NCBI GenBank assembly: GCA_051294905.1
Contig: CM119371.1
Span: 39,992,001 to 40,056,000, forward strand
Direction of reading: 5' to 3'
DNA from: Botryllus schlosseri
Taxonomy: Eukaryota
DNA length: 64,000 bases
Shown: in pieces, positions 1-13,349 of the stretch
Layout of the letters: every line of letters begins with the position of its first letter
How positions within the stretch are numbered: the stretch's first letter is position 1
Notes under the pieces: generated by a model
What the model was told of the DNA's origin: nothing
Database searches by the model: none
Seen by the model: only the letters and a program-made list of their open reading frames with translations
Program-made: the position numbers and the translations under genes

Positions 1-19
1 CTGACAAAATACTTTTCCA

Positions 20-1817
20 CAGTGTTGGGATGACTCGACTCGAATCAATCTGTGTATTGACTTGGCTTGGACTCGAGTCATTGCGCACAGAGGTGGTCAA
101 AGTAGTCAAGAAAGCTACTTAAGTAGAAGTAGAAGTAGCGACGAAAAAATCTACAAGTACAAGTAGAAGTACTTCTTTCATGAGCAACCTAAAACGACTT
201 GAAGTAGAAGTAGAATTGACTGACTTTAAAAGTACTCAAGTAAGTAAGTAGTTGTGAAAACGATCCTGATTGGATGGATTATAAAAAGGTGCAAATTGAG
301 CTATGTGATTGGTGGCGATCTTGATTCATATTGATGCATACCAGCAGGTATCCAATTTTCGATAGCATAAGCATTCGTTCACATCATGAGATGAAAATGA
401 TAGTATTGATAAGGAAATGCGATACTAATCGTCTGTTTTCTCGAACAACACGTTTTGGAAAATAGCATGGTATGGCGCCATCCCCCATATTATAAGGCCC
501 GTATAGTTAAGTCGAACAGCAATATGGAGAAGTTGTATAGGATACGGTGTAAACACTTTGCGCGATTAGTAAATGTTAATAAAGAATATGGTGGACCGTA
601 AAATGCCATATTGTGTAGCTTTATTTCCAGAAATTAAAGGCATTACTGCACTTGCTTTTATACTTCAACATGTATGTTATTCGTACGACAGAACTGATAT
701 TAATTATAACTCAAGGTATATGATACTGGGAATTGAAAGTGAAATATAAATACTACTTCTAAAAGCAGAATATGTATTTCATGTTTTTAGTCCAGAAAGT
801 TTCAAAGGTGGTATGCTAAAAAACCTCTAAAACTAAAAAAAGTCAAAGTCCACTCTTCCAGATTAAGACACGTCAAGGACATATATGCTAGATCACGATC
901 TGACAAGAAAATGCTAGATTTCGAAACATCAGTTTCAAACGTTATGATGAGCCATATATACTGTGATGAATTATTTCATATGGGTGAAGGGCGACAATGT
1001 GGTGTGAACGGTACCACGCCAACCCTCCACCTAAATTATATTCACCGATACTTTCATGAAATCAGACTGGTCACTCCGTATCCACTGCGCGCGAAGCGCG
1101 ACGAAAATTCTGTGCTTTACTAAACTTTAGTGAAAATTAAATGTTAATACTCCGTGAAAACAGCTCCAAAATTCCTCAGACTATCTTCCTAATTGGAAGA
1201 TTGAACTACTTCTACTTGACAAACTGAAAATAGCGAAAAGTAAGTAAGTAGATCACAAAATATTAAGAAGTAGAAGTAGAAGTAGCGAAAATCAGATCTA
1301 CTTGAGTAAGTACCAGAAGTAGAGGAAAAATACTTGAGTACTTCGAAAAAGTAGAAGTACTTCGTTACTGACCACCTCTGCGCATGACTCGAAACAAGTC
1401 AATATGACTCGAGACACGGACGGCCAAGACCGATATTTCATTGTAATTTCGAAGAATATTAAAGTAAGCGCCCTATTGAGATTTTGTCTATTAGTACTAG
1501 TACTTGAAAATGCGATCAGAAACTGCTAGAAGTGAGGAAAACTACTGTATTATAAATGCGAACCATTCAATATCACCACACAGAGTTATAGAAAGTCAGT
1601 TTAACAAGATTTTAGCTGAAAACTGAGCAGTCAAGACTTTGACTTGGACTCGGACTCGAGTCATAATACCATGACTCGGACTCGACCCTCTGATCAATGA
1701 CTTGGACTCGGACTTGACTCGGTGGTGAGTTGAATATGACTCGACTTGACTCAAGTCAAATTTATAAAAGTGACATTGAGTTGTAACTCGGAGCCTTGTG
1801 ACTTGGTGACAACCCTG
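20..1817. mobile_element. GACTCGAG/GACTT-rich MITE (host of nested element 88-1380)
   Basis: Starts CAGTGTTGGGATGACTC and ends GACAACCCTG. Body is homologous (inverted) to 57619-58095 and 61803-62971. No TSD found. Confidence 0.65.
88..1380. mobile_element. Non-autonomous TIR element with AAGTAG subterminal arrays
   Basis: 12-bp TIR CAGAGGTGGTCA / TGACCACCTCTG. CGCA is duplicated at 84-87 and 1381-1384. The empty site is visible in the paralog near 62240. Confidence 0.8.
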
Positions 1818-1824
1818 GTTGAAG

Positions 1825-3538
1825 GCGACAAGTACAAAACAGATACGAGCTGACTCATCGCTAAACAGCGCAGTTTGCGCGACAATTCGTTTTCGATTCA
1901 TTCATTTTGAGCAGGTACGTGACTGGGGCACCTCAAACCACCCAACTAGAGAGGGCCGAGCTTGAAAAAAGCTTCAAATTATTTTGCAAGTGAACATTAA
2001 TGATAGTGTATTTTTTTTTGAAACTTTTTTCGACATTTTCAATTTCTTTTTGCGCTTTCCGCGATTTGGTGTCACTAAATGCCGTGCTTATAGGTGCCCT
2101 TCTCCAAGAAATACGCATGGTTTATAGCAGGGGTGTTAAACTCAAATTGTGTCGCGGGCCGGATTCGAGCCTTAAAATAGCTCGCGGGCCGGACCAGTCA
2201 ACTAATTCCAAAATGTTAGCTCGTGCTGCTGCTTTTCACTATAATGCTTTATTGTCAAGTATATTATATATACACGGTCATAGGGGTTGTATTCCAGCAA
2301 GTCGTAACACCTTTATTCGCGAGCAATGGAACTGGCAAAAATACGATGATTGTCCGGTTGAATACAACTACCAACCGACAGAACAGTGGGTCCAACGACG
2401 ATTAAGTTTGCGTATTTATATGCTCCCTTTACTTTAGTCATAATCTGGCGGTAGCCCTGCGTGTGCATTGTGAAGAATACAAGATATTAAAGTGTAAACG
2501 CGGACGTCGGGGTATGGTTTTATAATTATTAAACCGCGATCCGGGGACCTATTGGGTCGGAAATGACGCTGCATGTAACGGTTTCGAATTGGCGTCTTCG
2601 CTTCTGTGAATAGCTACTTTTGGGCCCAATTTCCCATAAACATCTGAACTCAGTGTGCAGTGTGCACTTTTGTCCTTCTCGAAATTGGGTGTCAATTTCC
2701 AGGCTTGTACCTGGTGTGGTAACTAGAGCGGAACTACAGCGCAGTATAGTCGGGTGGTTATAATGTGACCTATATAAACGAGGAACATGCCCAAAATTTG
2801 CTGTCTTGCAAAATTTGCTGTCCTGATCATTTGTTACAAATGTGCTGGATAATATAAGAATATTTCAACATACTCAGAATTGTTTCGCGGGCAGGATGAA
2901 ATCGTCTGGCGGGCCGGATGCGGCCCGCGGGCCGTATGTTTGACACCCCTGGTTTATAGAGATAGGCTTTTCGGCGTCAGCCATTACCACGCCACGACGT
3001 ACCAAGACCAACACATAATGAAGTTTAGGCTAACATGGGACTCCAAAAGTTGAGCCAAAAATTTGGCAGCGAGAAAACACATTCAGGTATCAATGATCGA
3101 AAATTTTCGCCATTGGCGCGATTAAGCTACATAAACTCTCTGCTTACACTGAGTAGAATGAATGTGCTCACAAGTAGGCCGACATGTGAAATCATCCACC
3201 TAGCTTTATGGTTTAGGGGCGAAGCCCCGGAAGTTTGGCTTATCGCACTGTGAGGGCCCGAGACCAAGGTTTTGTTTTTGGGTGGGCTGACGAAGTAATT
3301 TTTCCGCCCGGATATTCCCATGGTCAGCATATAGCTGCTGTTAAGTGTTTTCTTGGGGCACGCATTCTATTCGTAGTTACCAGAGTAGCCTTCGTCTGGT
3401 GGCAGTGGGCAATGAGCAAGGTAACACGACAAGGTGCTTGGTTCTACTCCGTCATGCTTGTTCTCTCGATATTGTCAAATACAAGAATAATATTCGTGTC
3501 GGTTGAACCCACGACCTTCGGCGCGAAAGATTGTAAAG
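1825..3538. repeat. Dispersed ~900-bp repeat, copy 1 (paralog at about 57445-58767)
   Basis: Colinear similarity from GCGACAAGTAC...GAGCTGACTCATCGCTAAACAGCGCAG to GAAAGA(T/C)TGTAAA. Each copy carries a different MITE insertion. Confidence 0.8.
2128..2951. mobile_element. hAT-type MITE
   Basis: TIR CAGGGGTG(T/TC)AAAC, perfect 8-bp TSD GTTTATAG, GGCCCGCGGGCC subterminal motif. Left arm is repeated at about 9091-9460. Empty site near 58225. Confidence 0.9.
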
Positions 3539-3903
3539 TAGAGGTTGTATGAACGTGAGGTTCACGTTCGCGTTCCGTGTGTGAACCTCGGACATTTAGA
3601 GGATCACGTTCACAAACGAACCTTGGTAGGTACTGCACTGTGAACCTTTTTCATGTATTACAATTTTCCACATTATTATAACATCTTTGGTTGAAATTCT
3701 TTGCATTTCAACTGCGTGCCACTCTTTGCATGACATGGCAACATAAAAAATCAACAGTAAATGAGGATCGAGCATGCATCCTGACAATCTCAAAAATTTT
3801 ACTTGGTTTGTAACAAAGGTTTGTTCTAAATATCCAGTTTTCCTTTTGTGAATGTTTAGGGACTCAGCTGTGAGCCTGACCCGCAAGCACCCAATATCTA
3901 GAG

Positions 3904-5025
3904 CAGTGGTTCCCAACTTTTTTCGACTCATCGCCCCCTTTTGAAGCTCCACACCGATCATCGCCACTCAAATATTGGGAACCGAAAAACAGCACTTCGT
4001 GACCCCCCTCCCCCGAAAAAAACGTTGGTCTTTGGCCCCATAGTTTAATAAACCAAACCCCTGTCCCCCTCAGTTAGTGGGCTTTTTTCGCTACATATCA
4101 GTTTTACCCTATTTCATGTACTGTTTGGTGAGTCACCGTATTTCGCCTAAACTGCGCTAAGCGCGACAAATTGATATAATTCATTTTTTAATCGGTCAAT
4201 ATAGTCGATGTGGTATGTTGGAAAAGGTAGGACCCCTTGATAATAAATGTAACATCTTCGGGCGGAATCGTTGTTATATTGACTTCTTTACATGATGCTA
4301 TTTCGTGACCTCCTATATCTGCTATGTCAGAAGATATGGAAACCGTCAAAACGTACCAAACTAAAAGACGCACATGATTTCATATTGGTATTTCTTTACT
4401 GGCAAATAATATTTTCCTTGCGAGATGGCATTTGTGCTGTAAGGTTAAAGTCGCCATGACAGGAACATTCAACATTCGACTCCCGCCGTTGAGGCGCCTA
4501 TGGGCAATTAAACATATATGTATATATATCGAAGTTTTCGGTCAGCGCAAGGGCATTCCCTTTCAGCCAATTTCTTCTCGATGATGATCGTTCTGGCACA
4601 CTTCTCGGAGTGGCATGTTACATGGCCTCTAACTTCATATATCTCGGTGCGTCGTGGTGCAGTAATGGCTGACGCCGAAGTCTCCCATTTCCATGAATCA
4701 TGCGTATTTTTGTTGGGTGACGGGGACCCCAACAACAAGATACATGAAAAAATTAAATTTTTAGAAAAAGTCGCATGAATTTATAAAACATGACTCTATC
4801 ATTCATGTTGATTCACGAAATAATTTTGGGCTTCCTTCGATTTCGCCCTCCCCCCACCCCCAATTGGGGGTTTAGGGTGCGATAGTTACGGTCCCAACTC
4901 CAATATAGCCGTTTTAGCGCGCCCTCGCCCCCTATCGCCCCTTCGTCCGTTTTCGCCCCCCTATCGCTCCCTTCGGTATTTTCGCCCGCCTAGACCGCCA
5001 AATTGCCGGCCCCAGGGAGCCACTG
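3904..5025. mobile_element. hAT-type MITE with TCGCCCC repeats
   Basis: CAGTGGTTCCC...GGGAGCCACTG; TSD ATCTAGAG/ATATAGAG (7/8). It interrupts a repeat whose paralog lies at about 20620-23330. Confidence 0.8.
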
Positions 5026-5496
5026 ATATAGAGCAAAATACGCTACCTCAGTTGTTTTCAAACTGTGGGTGGTGAAGCTGCGGTCAACTGAAAATTTTGT
5101 ACGCGCTAGGTGTAATTTACCTCCAATTTATGATTATCACTGCTCTGCGTGTAGTCATAACCTTCTAAAACTATCCGTTGGGATTGCTGGCATTCTGTGA
5201 TATGACTATTTTGCTAGCATTCTGATGATATGACGATTTTTGAAGCTTCGAGACAAGTCAAGTCCTTTTTCCGAAGTGACTCGAGTCAAATCAAGTCATA
5301 GGAAAAAGTTGACTCGAGTCTGATTCGATTCAAGTCATGACTCGAGTCATCCCAACACTGGTATGGAGGAACAATTTGCCGATATGAATGTGTATATTGC
5401 CTTGGCGTGCAATGGCCCACCACTGCTAAGACCAAGACGCTTAGAAAACGACTTCGGGCTCCCCCAATGCCTAACCCCAATATCCATTCTTTAGTC

Positions 5497-6635
5497 CAGG
5501 GGTAGCCAATCTGCGAAAGTACAAGGTATATAATGCAACCGTCGACACTTATTTCGATTTCGATGTGTTGGTGGCCGTCAATATCTAAATTGAATTAACG
5601 AATTGCCTCCCTAATTAATGAGAGATTTCATATTTTTGAAATTTACTTCGGCCTAGGCCAGTTCAATGCGTGTTGATTTTCGATTTTAATATAGTAGTGT
5701 CCTTTGTAATTTGAGCCCCCCAGTATAGAGGCGAACAGCAGATGAAATTGATGCGCACCATAAAGAAATGCCAACTTGTAATCGTGTTCTCTTCATCACG
5801 AAGGAAATTTGTTTCTAGTAGGCGTACATTTCAGTGAGTCCAATATATTTCAACTATAATGACAATGATGATGGGATGTCTATAAATAACAGAATGCATC
5901 GAAGGGGAATACTAACAATTGGCCCACTCAAAGATGCAGCACAGCGTTGATAACTTTCCTAAATTTTCGAGGACACCCCTTGCATAAACTCTACCGGTGA
6001 AGGTGATCACATGGACTGACAAATGATAAATATTTGACAGTAATTGAGTATTATGTGAAAATATGATTGCATTAATGACAAAATTCGCTCACGAATATAA
6101 ACAATTTTCGCGCTCCGCGCGACTACACAACGGGTACATGCGCTTATGCATAACATGACTTTGACTACTCACGATTTGGTACGCATAGTAAGCCATGGAC
6201 ATGGGCAGTTAAACGTGGGTATTTGGCATCCAGTTAGTTCATTACGGCTACGCAGTAGTATGCGGCCGTAGCCAACATAAGAAATCGAGATGAAACCGTG
6301 AATAGCAAAAGGGTTGGCCACATCTAATTTAGATGCTGAAGATTGTTGTCAGGTATCGTGCGCAGCTTATAGTTCAAAATAGAATGAAAGTGATGATCAG
6401 GTTTTTTTTTTGTGTTGTATTTCTATTGTTTTCAATAAAATATTATTTCTTTCGCGGTAACTATATGCCCGTCGCTCATGTTAGAGAGAACAGCGTCGTG
6501 CTGGCGTAGGGTTATCAAAACGTGGCTATTACACTATGTATTTCCTATTTTATCCCGACATTGAAGTCATGCGGTCCACAGCCTCTACGAATTTTGAAAA
6601 GTGGCCCGCGACCCGCTTTGAGTTGGCAACTCCTG
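5497..6635. mobile_element. Probable old hAT-type MITE
   Basis: CAGGGGTAGCCAA...TTGGCAACTCCTG imperfect TIR with GGCCCGCG subterminal motif. No TSD. Confidence 0.5.
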
Positions 6636-7093
6636 CTCCACGACATATGCTCAAAATATGCAAATTTACCAATATTATTTTCACACCATATAAAAATCCA
6701 TACCTTTATCATGTAAGAAGTTTTATAGCAAAGGGGTCAATTGAATTAGTATGAAAAAGGGTAATGGTATCGATGCAGTGTAGGGCCTAGCCGCTGCAGC
6801 AGGAGCGTGAAGGTCATGTGGAAATTTCAATAAATTGCTGCTCTATTACGGTGGCGTTCTGAAGATAATGGCTGCGGCTATTTTTTCTCGTTTTGCCCTT
6901 TAATTTTAGACCACATCAATTTTAGAGTGCAGTGCCCCTTTAAATGAACACGCGATGGAGGGTGATGGATTCACAAGCTAGACTTTGATAAATATTTTGT
7001 TATAGTAAACGAGTTGAGCGCATCTCAGTATATAAGTTGAATGTCGTAGACGACCGAGTATTCATTGTATTTAAATCCTAACGCCGACGCTGT

Positions 7094-7370
7094 GGCGAGA
7101 TAGCGCAGTGGTAGGTCTATAATACACAACTGCGACTCCAATGCGTCGCTGGTTCGAGTCCGACCGAGTTCGACTTCAGAATTCCTACCTAACTGTTGGA
7201 GGTTTATCTAGATTCTTCTTCACCACCTCATCCGCGTAAGCGGTCTCTTACAAAAAGCCTAGAAGTGGGCCGTGCTGTTGATCGGCAGTTACGGAAAAAA
7301 AATGAAGAATATCGTCCTTGTGTAAATGACCATAGTGGTCGATAAACACCGTGAACATAACAGAAAACAA
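7094..7370 (+). mobile_element. tRNA-derived SINE
   Basis: Pol III A box TAGCGCAGTGG (7101-7111) and B box GGTTCGAGTCC (7151-7161), but no full cloverleaf. The 3' body is repeated at about 8050-8160 with an A-rich tail. Decayed flanking repeat TAACGCCGACGC/TAATGCCGACAC. Confidence 0.7.
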
Positions 7371-7632
7371 TAATGCCGACACGTGAAGTATCATCAGCCG
7401 ATGAATGGGACCTCAACGAAGTCCATGCTATGATTTATAGGTATGCTAATCAGAGTAGCTTTTTAGTTCTGTCCTAACCCAATTACTATACAGTATATCA
7501 GTCCGTTGACACCGACGTGCTCATTGTGGCACATAGCCTACGCCTACATACAGATCTGATGCAGTGTATAAATACAGCCAACAATTGATGATACACGAAA
7601 TGAGCAATGGATGGCTACACCTACATATTTAC

Positions 7633-8919
7633 CATTTTGATGATTTGCTGTTGATGCTGAGAACCACATGAAAATATCGCTAACGTTTCGTCGGATATAT
7701 TCCCACCAACCTTCTTTTTCTCTTTTCCTCTCATCTGTCACAAAATGATTCGATAAATAACTAGAAACATGACATATCTCACCCGAGAAATCTCAACTGC
7801 ATTCGAAATTATGATCTAAAAATGCAGTAAGCGGAGGAAATGCAGCAATCGTCAACTGTGGGATGTTCAAAAATTTGAAATTCGATCTCTGATCGATTAA
7901 GTTTGGCTTACCCTTGTTCAACTAGCTTTACTTTATGCAGACATTTCATTCAGAAATCAAGTATAATTGATCACTCGACAAGAAAATGTCATTTAATTTC
8001 TTGAACGCAAACGCGAGTAATTGATCGTAGATGGATTTTCCACGCTGATTTCGTGCTATAAGTCGGCAGTTACGGAAAATAAGAAGAATATCGCCCTGGT
8101 GTAAATATCCATAGTACCGTAGTCGACAAACACCATGAATACTACATAAAAAAAAACACGCTGATTTCGAATGTGACAGATTTCTACTGGCACATAAAAT
8201 TTCCAAGATATAATATTGCATGTGGGTCGATATTTGGGTTAGGTTACTTTGATATATGGGGTTCGGTTTGGGTTACCGTTACGAGTGTAGTCAGTTTAAT
8301 TGAAGGTTCGATTTTAAGTTACAAAGTCCCATGCCTAAGTTTCGCCTACTAGACGGTGCATTTTTATTGCGCTGCATGCTCAAATATCAGGCAAACTGTA
8401 CTTGAGTGAACAGCAGGCAAAACATTTTTAAGTTCATCCAGTCTTCCACTAAATCGACACCACATTGCGCATTGGATACGTAATATATGACAAACACCTA
8501 AAATTGACCAAAATAATTCTTCTCAGGGTGTCCAGAATGTGTGCATGTGCAGATGCTCAGGTATCGGACAACCGTTACTAGAATGAATAGCAGGAAGATC
8601 CTTGAAAGTTCATCCAGACCACGCTTGTGGCTTCCATTACGCATAGTTTATGTGTCAACACTTTGATACCTCACTATGAGTAACTTTTCACATGTTTTTC
8701 TGGTAATTGAAAATCCGTTCGGACTCTTATTAACACAACGAGCAAAATGCTCAATATTTGAATTTCTTAGGAGCTATTTTATATGGATAGTAGTAATATA
8801 AAGTTCAAGTCATCTGAGCTTAAATACTTTAGACATTACTTACCGCGTGTACCTGATGATAATGATGTAGGAATGACGTCATCAGCACCAGAATTGTGAT
8901 CTTGACCCCCTTCTGCCAT
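7633..8919 (-). other. Candidate host-gene exons (8844-8919 MAEGGQDHNS...; 7633-7734 ...GWWEYIRRNVSDIFMWF...)
   Basis: ACCATGG start context, GTAAGT donor, and a phase-compatible 102-nt open exon with CAG/GTAAAT boundaries. Product not recognised; the intervening sequence has stops in all frames. Confidence 0.35.
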
Positions 8920-9720
8920 GGTATTGATCAGGTGATACTAATTAGCTAGCGTTTATAACAATACTGAAAACACATATGATAATTATATGCTATGATGTAT
9001 CTATGCTGAACAACAGGCTGAGACGAATCAATCCGATATACTGAACTATTTGCTAGATCCGATAGTTATATTCGAACAATACGACCTACAACAGGGGTAA
9101 AAAACTCAAATTGCGTCGGGGGCGGGACCGGTCAAAATATTCCAAAATGCTACGTCATGCTGGTGTCCTTCGTTTGACTTCTTTGTTATCATGCATATAT
9201 TTATATAGATAAATATGTGGATCATGGATGACAGTATACTATAGTATTATTCTAGCAAGTATAGCAACACCTTTATTCGCGTAAAATGGATTTGGCACCA
9301 ATTCGGTGATTGACCGGTTGAATATAATTTTGAACCGCCAAATCAGTAATGTTAACGACGATATGCGTTGGTATATTTCAATGCTCCTTTCGCTTTAGTC
9401 GTAATAGGGCCTCATCTCTGTGTCTGCATCGTGAGAGAATCAAGTGCAAACGCGGACGATGAAATTTCCTGGACAGTGACCACAAAGGAAATGATACATA
9501 AACTTGACAATTTCTAGTTTCCACATGTTTTTTATGTTTAGGACACCGTGTCTTTTTAGCCGTGATTTATTGGACGCACCACCTGGCCTTAATTGGGGCC
9601 CTGGCTATGAGGCTATCAGAAGACACCAATTCAGTCAGCTCTGTCAGTAAATATTATCACGTGAATATCTGTAATGATGAGTCCTATTTTTAATTCATAT
9701 ATGCCTCTGCAGCCCGCGCC

Positions 9721-9849
9721 TGTTTCTTGAATTTTCTTGAGTGCCCTTTTCTTGAATTTTTCCTGATCTTATTTGCGTCCGTGGCACACAAGACCTTAAC
9801 AGGTGATAAGTGCCACTGAAAACCTTTAATAATAATAATAATAATAATA
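9721..9849 (+). mobile_element. 3' end fragment of a non-LTR element with hairpin and (TAA)7 tail
   Basis: GTGGCAC...GTGCCAC stem followed by (TAA)7 at 9827-9847. AGCCCGCGCC is duplicated at 9711-9720 and 11571-11580. Confidence 0.55.
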
Positions 9850-11570
9850 CGACGTCGAAGAGCCACCAGCACTGGCGACATGAACTTCAAAATGGGTGAA
9901 ACCATAACAGAATTGAATGCCGAAGATCACTATAAATATCTAGGGATCTGTGAAAGCGACAACATTAAACATGCTGCAATGAAATCGAGTCTAAAAAAAG
10001 AATACATCAGCAGGCTCAAGTCAATTCTCAAAACTGAACTCAATTCCAAAAACAAAATCAATGCCATAAACAGTCTTGCAGTGCCTGTCTTGAGATATAG
10101 CTTTGGTGTGGTGAACTGGCGCAAAGATGAAATTAAAAAATTGGACACGAAGACGAGAAAACTGATGACAATGCACCACATGAATCACCCAAAATCTGAT
10201 ACACAAAGACTGTACATCCCCAGAAAAAAAAGGTGGTCGAGGACTACAAGAAATTGAACAAACTTTCAAAACAGAAATCATCGGCTTGTCACAGTAGGCA
10301 ACATCAACAACAGCGATAACATTCACTGCAAACTCATTGCACAGGAAGACAAACAGCGCAAAACAAAATCTCTGAGCTATCGTCACGACAAGTACGTCAG
10401 AGAAGTCAACATGGAAAAAGCTAACCTGTACACTGCAGAAAACACTGTTGCTAAGCCCACAACAATAGCAAAAGCAGCACGAGTCCAATACAAAAATGCA
10501 ACGCTCAAAATGAGAGAAACAATATGGGAGTCGATGCCTCTTCATGGACAGCACAAGAAGTTAACTTCACAGCCCCATGTAGACGAGCTTTCATGGACCT
10601 GGCTATCCAGCTCTGGCCTGAAACTGGCAAGCGAAGGATTCATTTTCGCAGCACAAGACCAATCGCTTCCTACAAAATACTATCGCAAAAGAATTCTGAA
10701 GCAAAACACGGACGGCAAATGCAGAATGTGCCACAAACAAAATGAAACTGTAGCACATCTCATGTCCAGCTGTGGTGCACTTGCAGCTACCGAATACACA
10801 TGCAGACACAATAGGATTGGTCACTACATTCATCTTGAATTATGCAAACATTTTAACATCACCACTTCGACAAAAAATTGGTACGACTACAGCCCAGCAC
10901 CAGTGACAGAAAACGAACAAGTAAAAATTCTGTGGGATGTACCAGTTATAACTGACCGCGAAATCAGGAGCAACCGCCCGGATATAATCGTCAAACTAAA
11001 AAAGAAAAGAGAATGCTTATTCATTGAACTGGCTGTCCCAGCTGATCACAACCTACTGCAAAAAGAATCAGAAAAAGAGTCCAAATACGCAGATCTCAAA
11101 ATGGAATGTGAAAAAATGTGGCGATGCAAAATAAACATTGTACCGATAGTCATTGGCGCTACAGGGGTTGTGAGCAAAAAACTCATGAGACATATCCAAC
11201 AAATTCCGGGTAACGTTCGATTTGACGTGATCCAAAAGATCACATTATTGGGCACTGTGCACATTCTTCGGAAGGCCTTGAATGCACCACTGGACTAAAA
11301 TTACACTTGTGAATCACAGCATGATTTCTGTAATTTCGATTCTTCATCTTCAATCATCTCTACCTCTGCTCTGTAACCCTTGCCAATTCTTCATCTGCTG
11401 CAATTCTGTAAACTTCTCCATGTATTGCATAGGAATAACAATTTTAATGTATTACTGACATTTTAAAAATTTACTCCATTCTCGCCATTTTCCTTTGGGG
11501 GCAGGTTGCTCCCCGGATTATGTGTGTATTTACCAGTTTTACTGTGAATAGAGAAAATAATAATAATAAT
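9850..11570 (+). mobile_element. 5'-truncated R4/Dong-like non-LTR retrotransposon (RT C-terminus, CCHC knuckle, restriction-like endonuclease), disabled
   Basis: YKYLG, RLYIPRKKGGRGL (frameshift in the A-run near 10224-10231), in-frame TAG near 10296, CRMC..ETVAHLMSSC, RHN, RPDI, FIELAVP, KESKY. Stop at 11298; 3' UTR ends in (TAA)4. Confidence 0.9.
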
Positions 11571-11664
11571 AGCCCGCGCCAGTTCTTCACCTAACACGGT
11601 GCGGTTATTTGACGCCTGATTCGATGTATTGGTTAAGAATATCAATTTGATTCCATTTCTGAAG

Positions 11665-11745
11665 TCCTAAAAGTTTACTTCAATCTCGCCATTTTCCTAG
11701 GGAGCAGGATACTACTCGGATTATGTGTGCATTTACCAGTTTTAA
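11665..11745 (+). repeat. Older diverged copy of the same LINE 3' UTR
   Basis: Aligns to 11462-11541 (TCTCGCCATTTTCCT...CGGATTATGTGTG.ATTTACCAGTTTTA). Confidence 0.75.
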
Positions 11746-11808
11746 CAAGCCATTTGTGGTACAGAACTTCAGAATAACACAAAACAATAACTTGATGTTG
11801 TTAATTTA

Positions 11809-11855
11809 TTCGCTAAAAGCTTTTCGACTGACCCACATCAGTAGCGAACGTCAGT
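11809..11855 (-). ncRNA. Minimal type I hammerhead ribozyme motif (degenerate: A9>U, UUU site)
   Basis: ACTGAC-G-TTCGCTA-CTGATGT-GGGTCAGTC-GAAA-AGCT-TT-TAGCGAA: 7-bp stem I and a palindromic stem III loop. Confidence 0.7.
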
Positions 11856-12016
11856 AATAGGGTGGATCAAATTCGAAATGTAAGAACTATTTTGCGTCTA
11901 TGACGTAATAATAACAGAAACAAACAACTAGTAGACGGGCTAGATACGGTAGTAACGGTACAAAACAAACGGTAACGAGTACATATGCAGTTATAAATAA
12001 TCGACAACACAGCACA

Positions 12017-13336
12017 CAGGCGCGTATCCAGAGCGCGAAAAAGGGAGGGGGTTTGCGTTACGAAATTGGCTATTGTGACGTCATCATTGCGATCACTCGA
12101 CTCCACGCCGTGGCGAATATTTATACTTTATTAATAAACAGAGATTTGCGGTGAGTGGGAGATGTACGAATACGATACAGACATTGCCTGAAAATCGCGT
12201 TTCTTTTACGGCACGATTGAAAGAAATTCGTAAATGCTCACATTTAGTCATGAGCCGGCAAACGCCGCCTGTCTTCAAGCGCCTAGCTCCGGCCAGAGAT
12301 GCGCGATTTTGTTGGGTTTTGACGATATTATGCGCACGGTCGGTAGTATCGCAGCGGACGAACAAGCGCGGAATAAGGCGGTAGCATAAACGAGGGCGAT
12401 CGCGATCGCCACAGAGAGGTGTGGTGTGAATAGTGTACGTCGTACACGAATGCGTGCTTTTCGATGGCTTTACTAGCCATACGGCTGAGCGTGTAGTACG
12501 CTCGAAGATAATTAGACTTTAATTGCAAGCACGCAAGTCAGTCAATTAATACAGAGTACACCCTGGGATAATAACTAGATCGACAGAGAAACTTGTCAGC
12601 AAATATAATTAGGTTAACTTTACTACTAGGCCTACTCAATTCTCCCGTTCAGCGACAACATAGGCCTGTATTTGGACGACAGCAAGCCACCTAACAATCG
12701 AGAACGTGGATTGCTAGGCTTGTATTTTGAAATGTGAATGTCAATCGTAGGCCATTTCTCGCCAAAAATCGCGAATACAATGTGGATTTGAGAATGGCAT
12801 TGTCGTAATGGTGCCGTCGTGTCTGCGTCTCGCTGATCAATCAACACGCCGTGCAATTCTTAATTACGATTTCAAGGCGAGCAGGTGGAGCGAATTCGCG
12901 AGCGATGTTGATTGCCGACAACTTCGTCTTTGCAATTACGTATCGCGTCGGCCAATTAGATTAGATTTTCCTAAAATGCATCTCTCGTTTTAGCAAGGCG
13001 AGAGAGAAATCGAGGGAAGAAAGTTGAGAACGTCAGCAACCGCCACAACTGAAATGTAGCTGACCATGACCAAGCGCAGAATTCGTATGGAATTAGCGAA
13101 TTATAATGAACTATTTTATCCTTTCGAGGCGCATAATTCCAATATTTTGTAGGGGTGTTAGTCCTTAAATAGCCCTTAAATAACATTAAGACGCCATATT
13201 CGCCTTCTCATACGTAAAAACGAGTATGTTAAACTGATAAATTAGCAAATATTAGAGGCTATATTTGACATTAAATTTTAGAATTTTGAAAAGGGGGGGT
13301 TCCGACCCCCTGAAACCCCCCCTGGATACGCCACTG
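12017..13336. mobile_element. hAT-type MITE inside Penelope 3' UTR
   Basis: CAGGCGCGTATCCAG...CTGGATACGCCACTG; perfect TSD ACAGCACA. Confidence 0.9.
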
Positions 13337-13349
13337 ACAGCACACAACA

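Noticed and set aside
20..5360. One 5.3-kb composite transposon bounded by CAGTGTTGGGATGACTCGA inverted ends
   Set aside because: The flanks (CTTTTCCA vs GTATGGAG) show no TSD; more likely two independent fragments.
7094..7170. Functional tRNA gene
   Set aside because: A and B boxes are present, but there is no convincing acceptor or anticodon stem and the sequence continues into a repeated SINE-like body.
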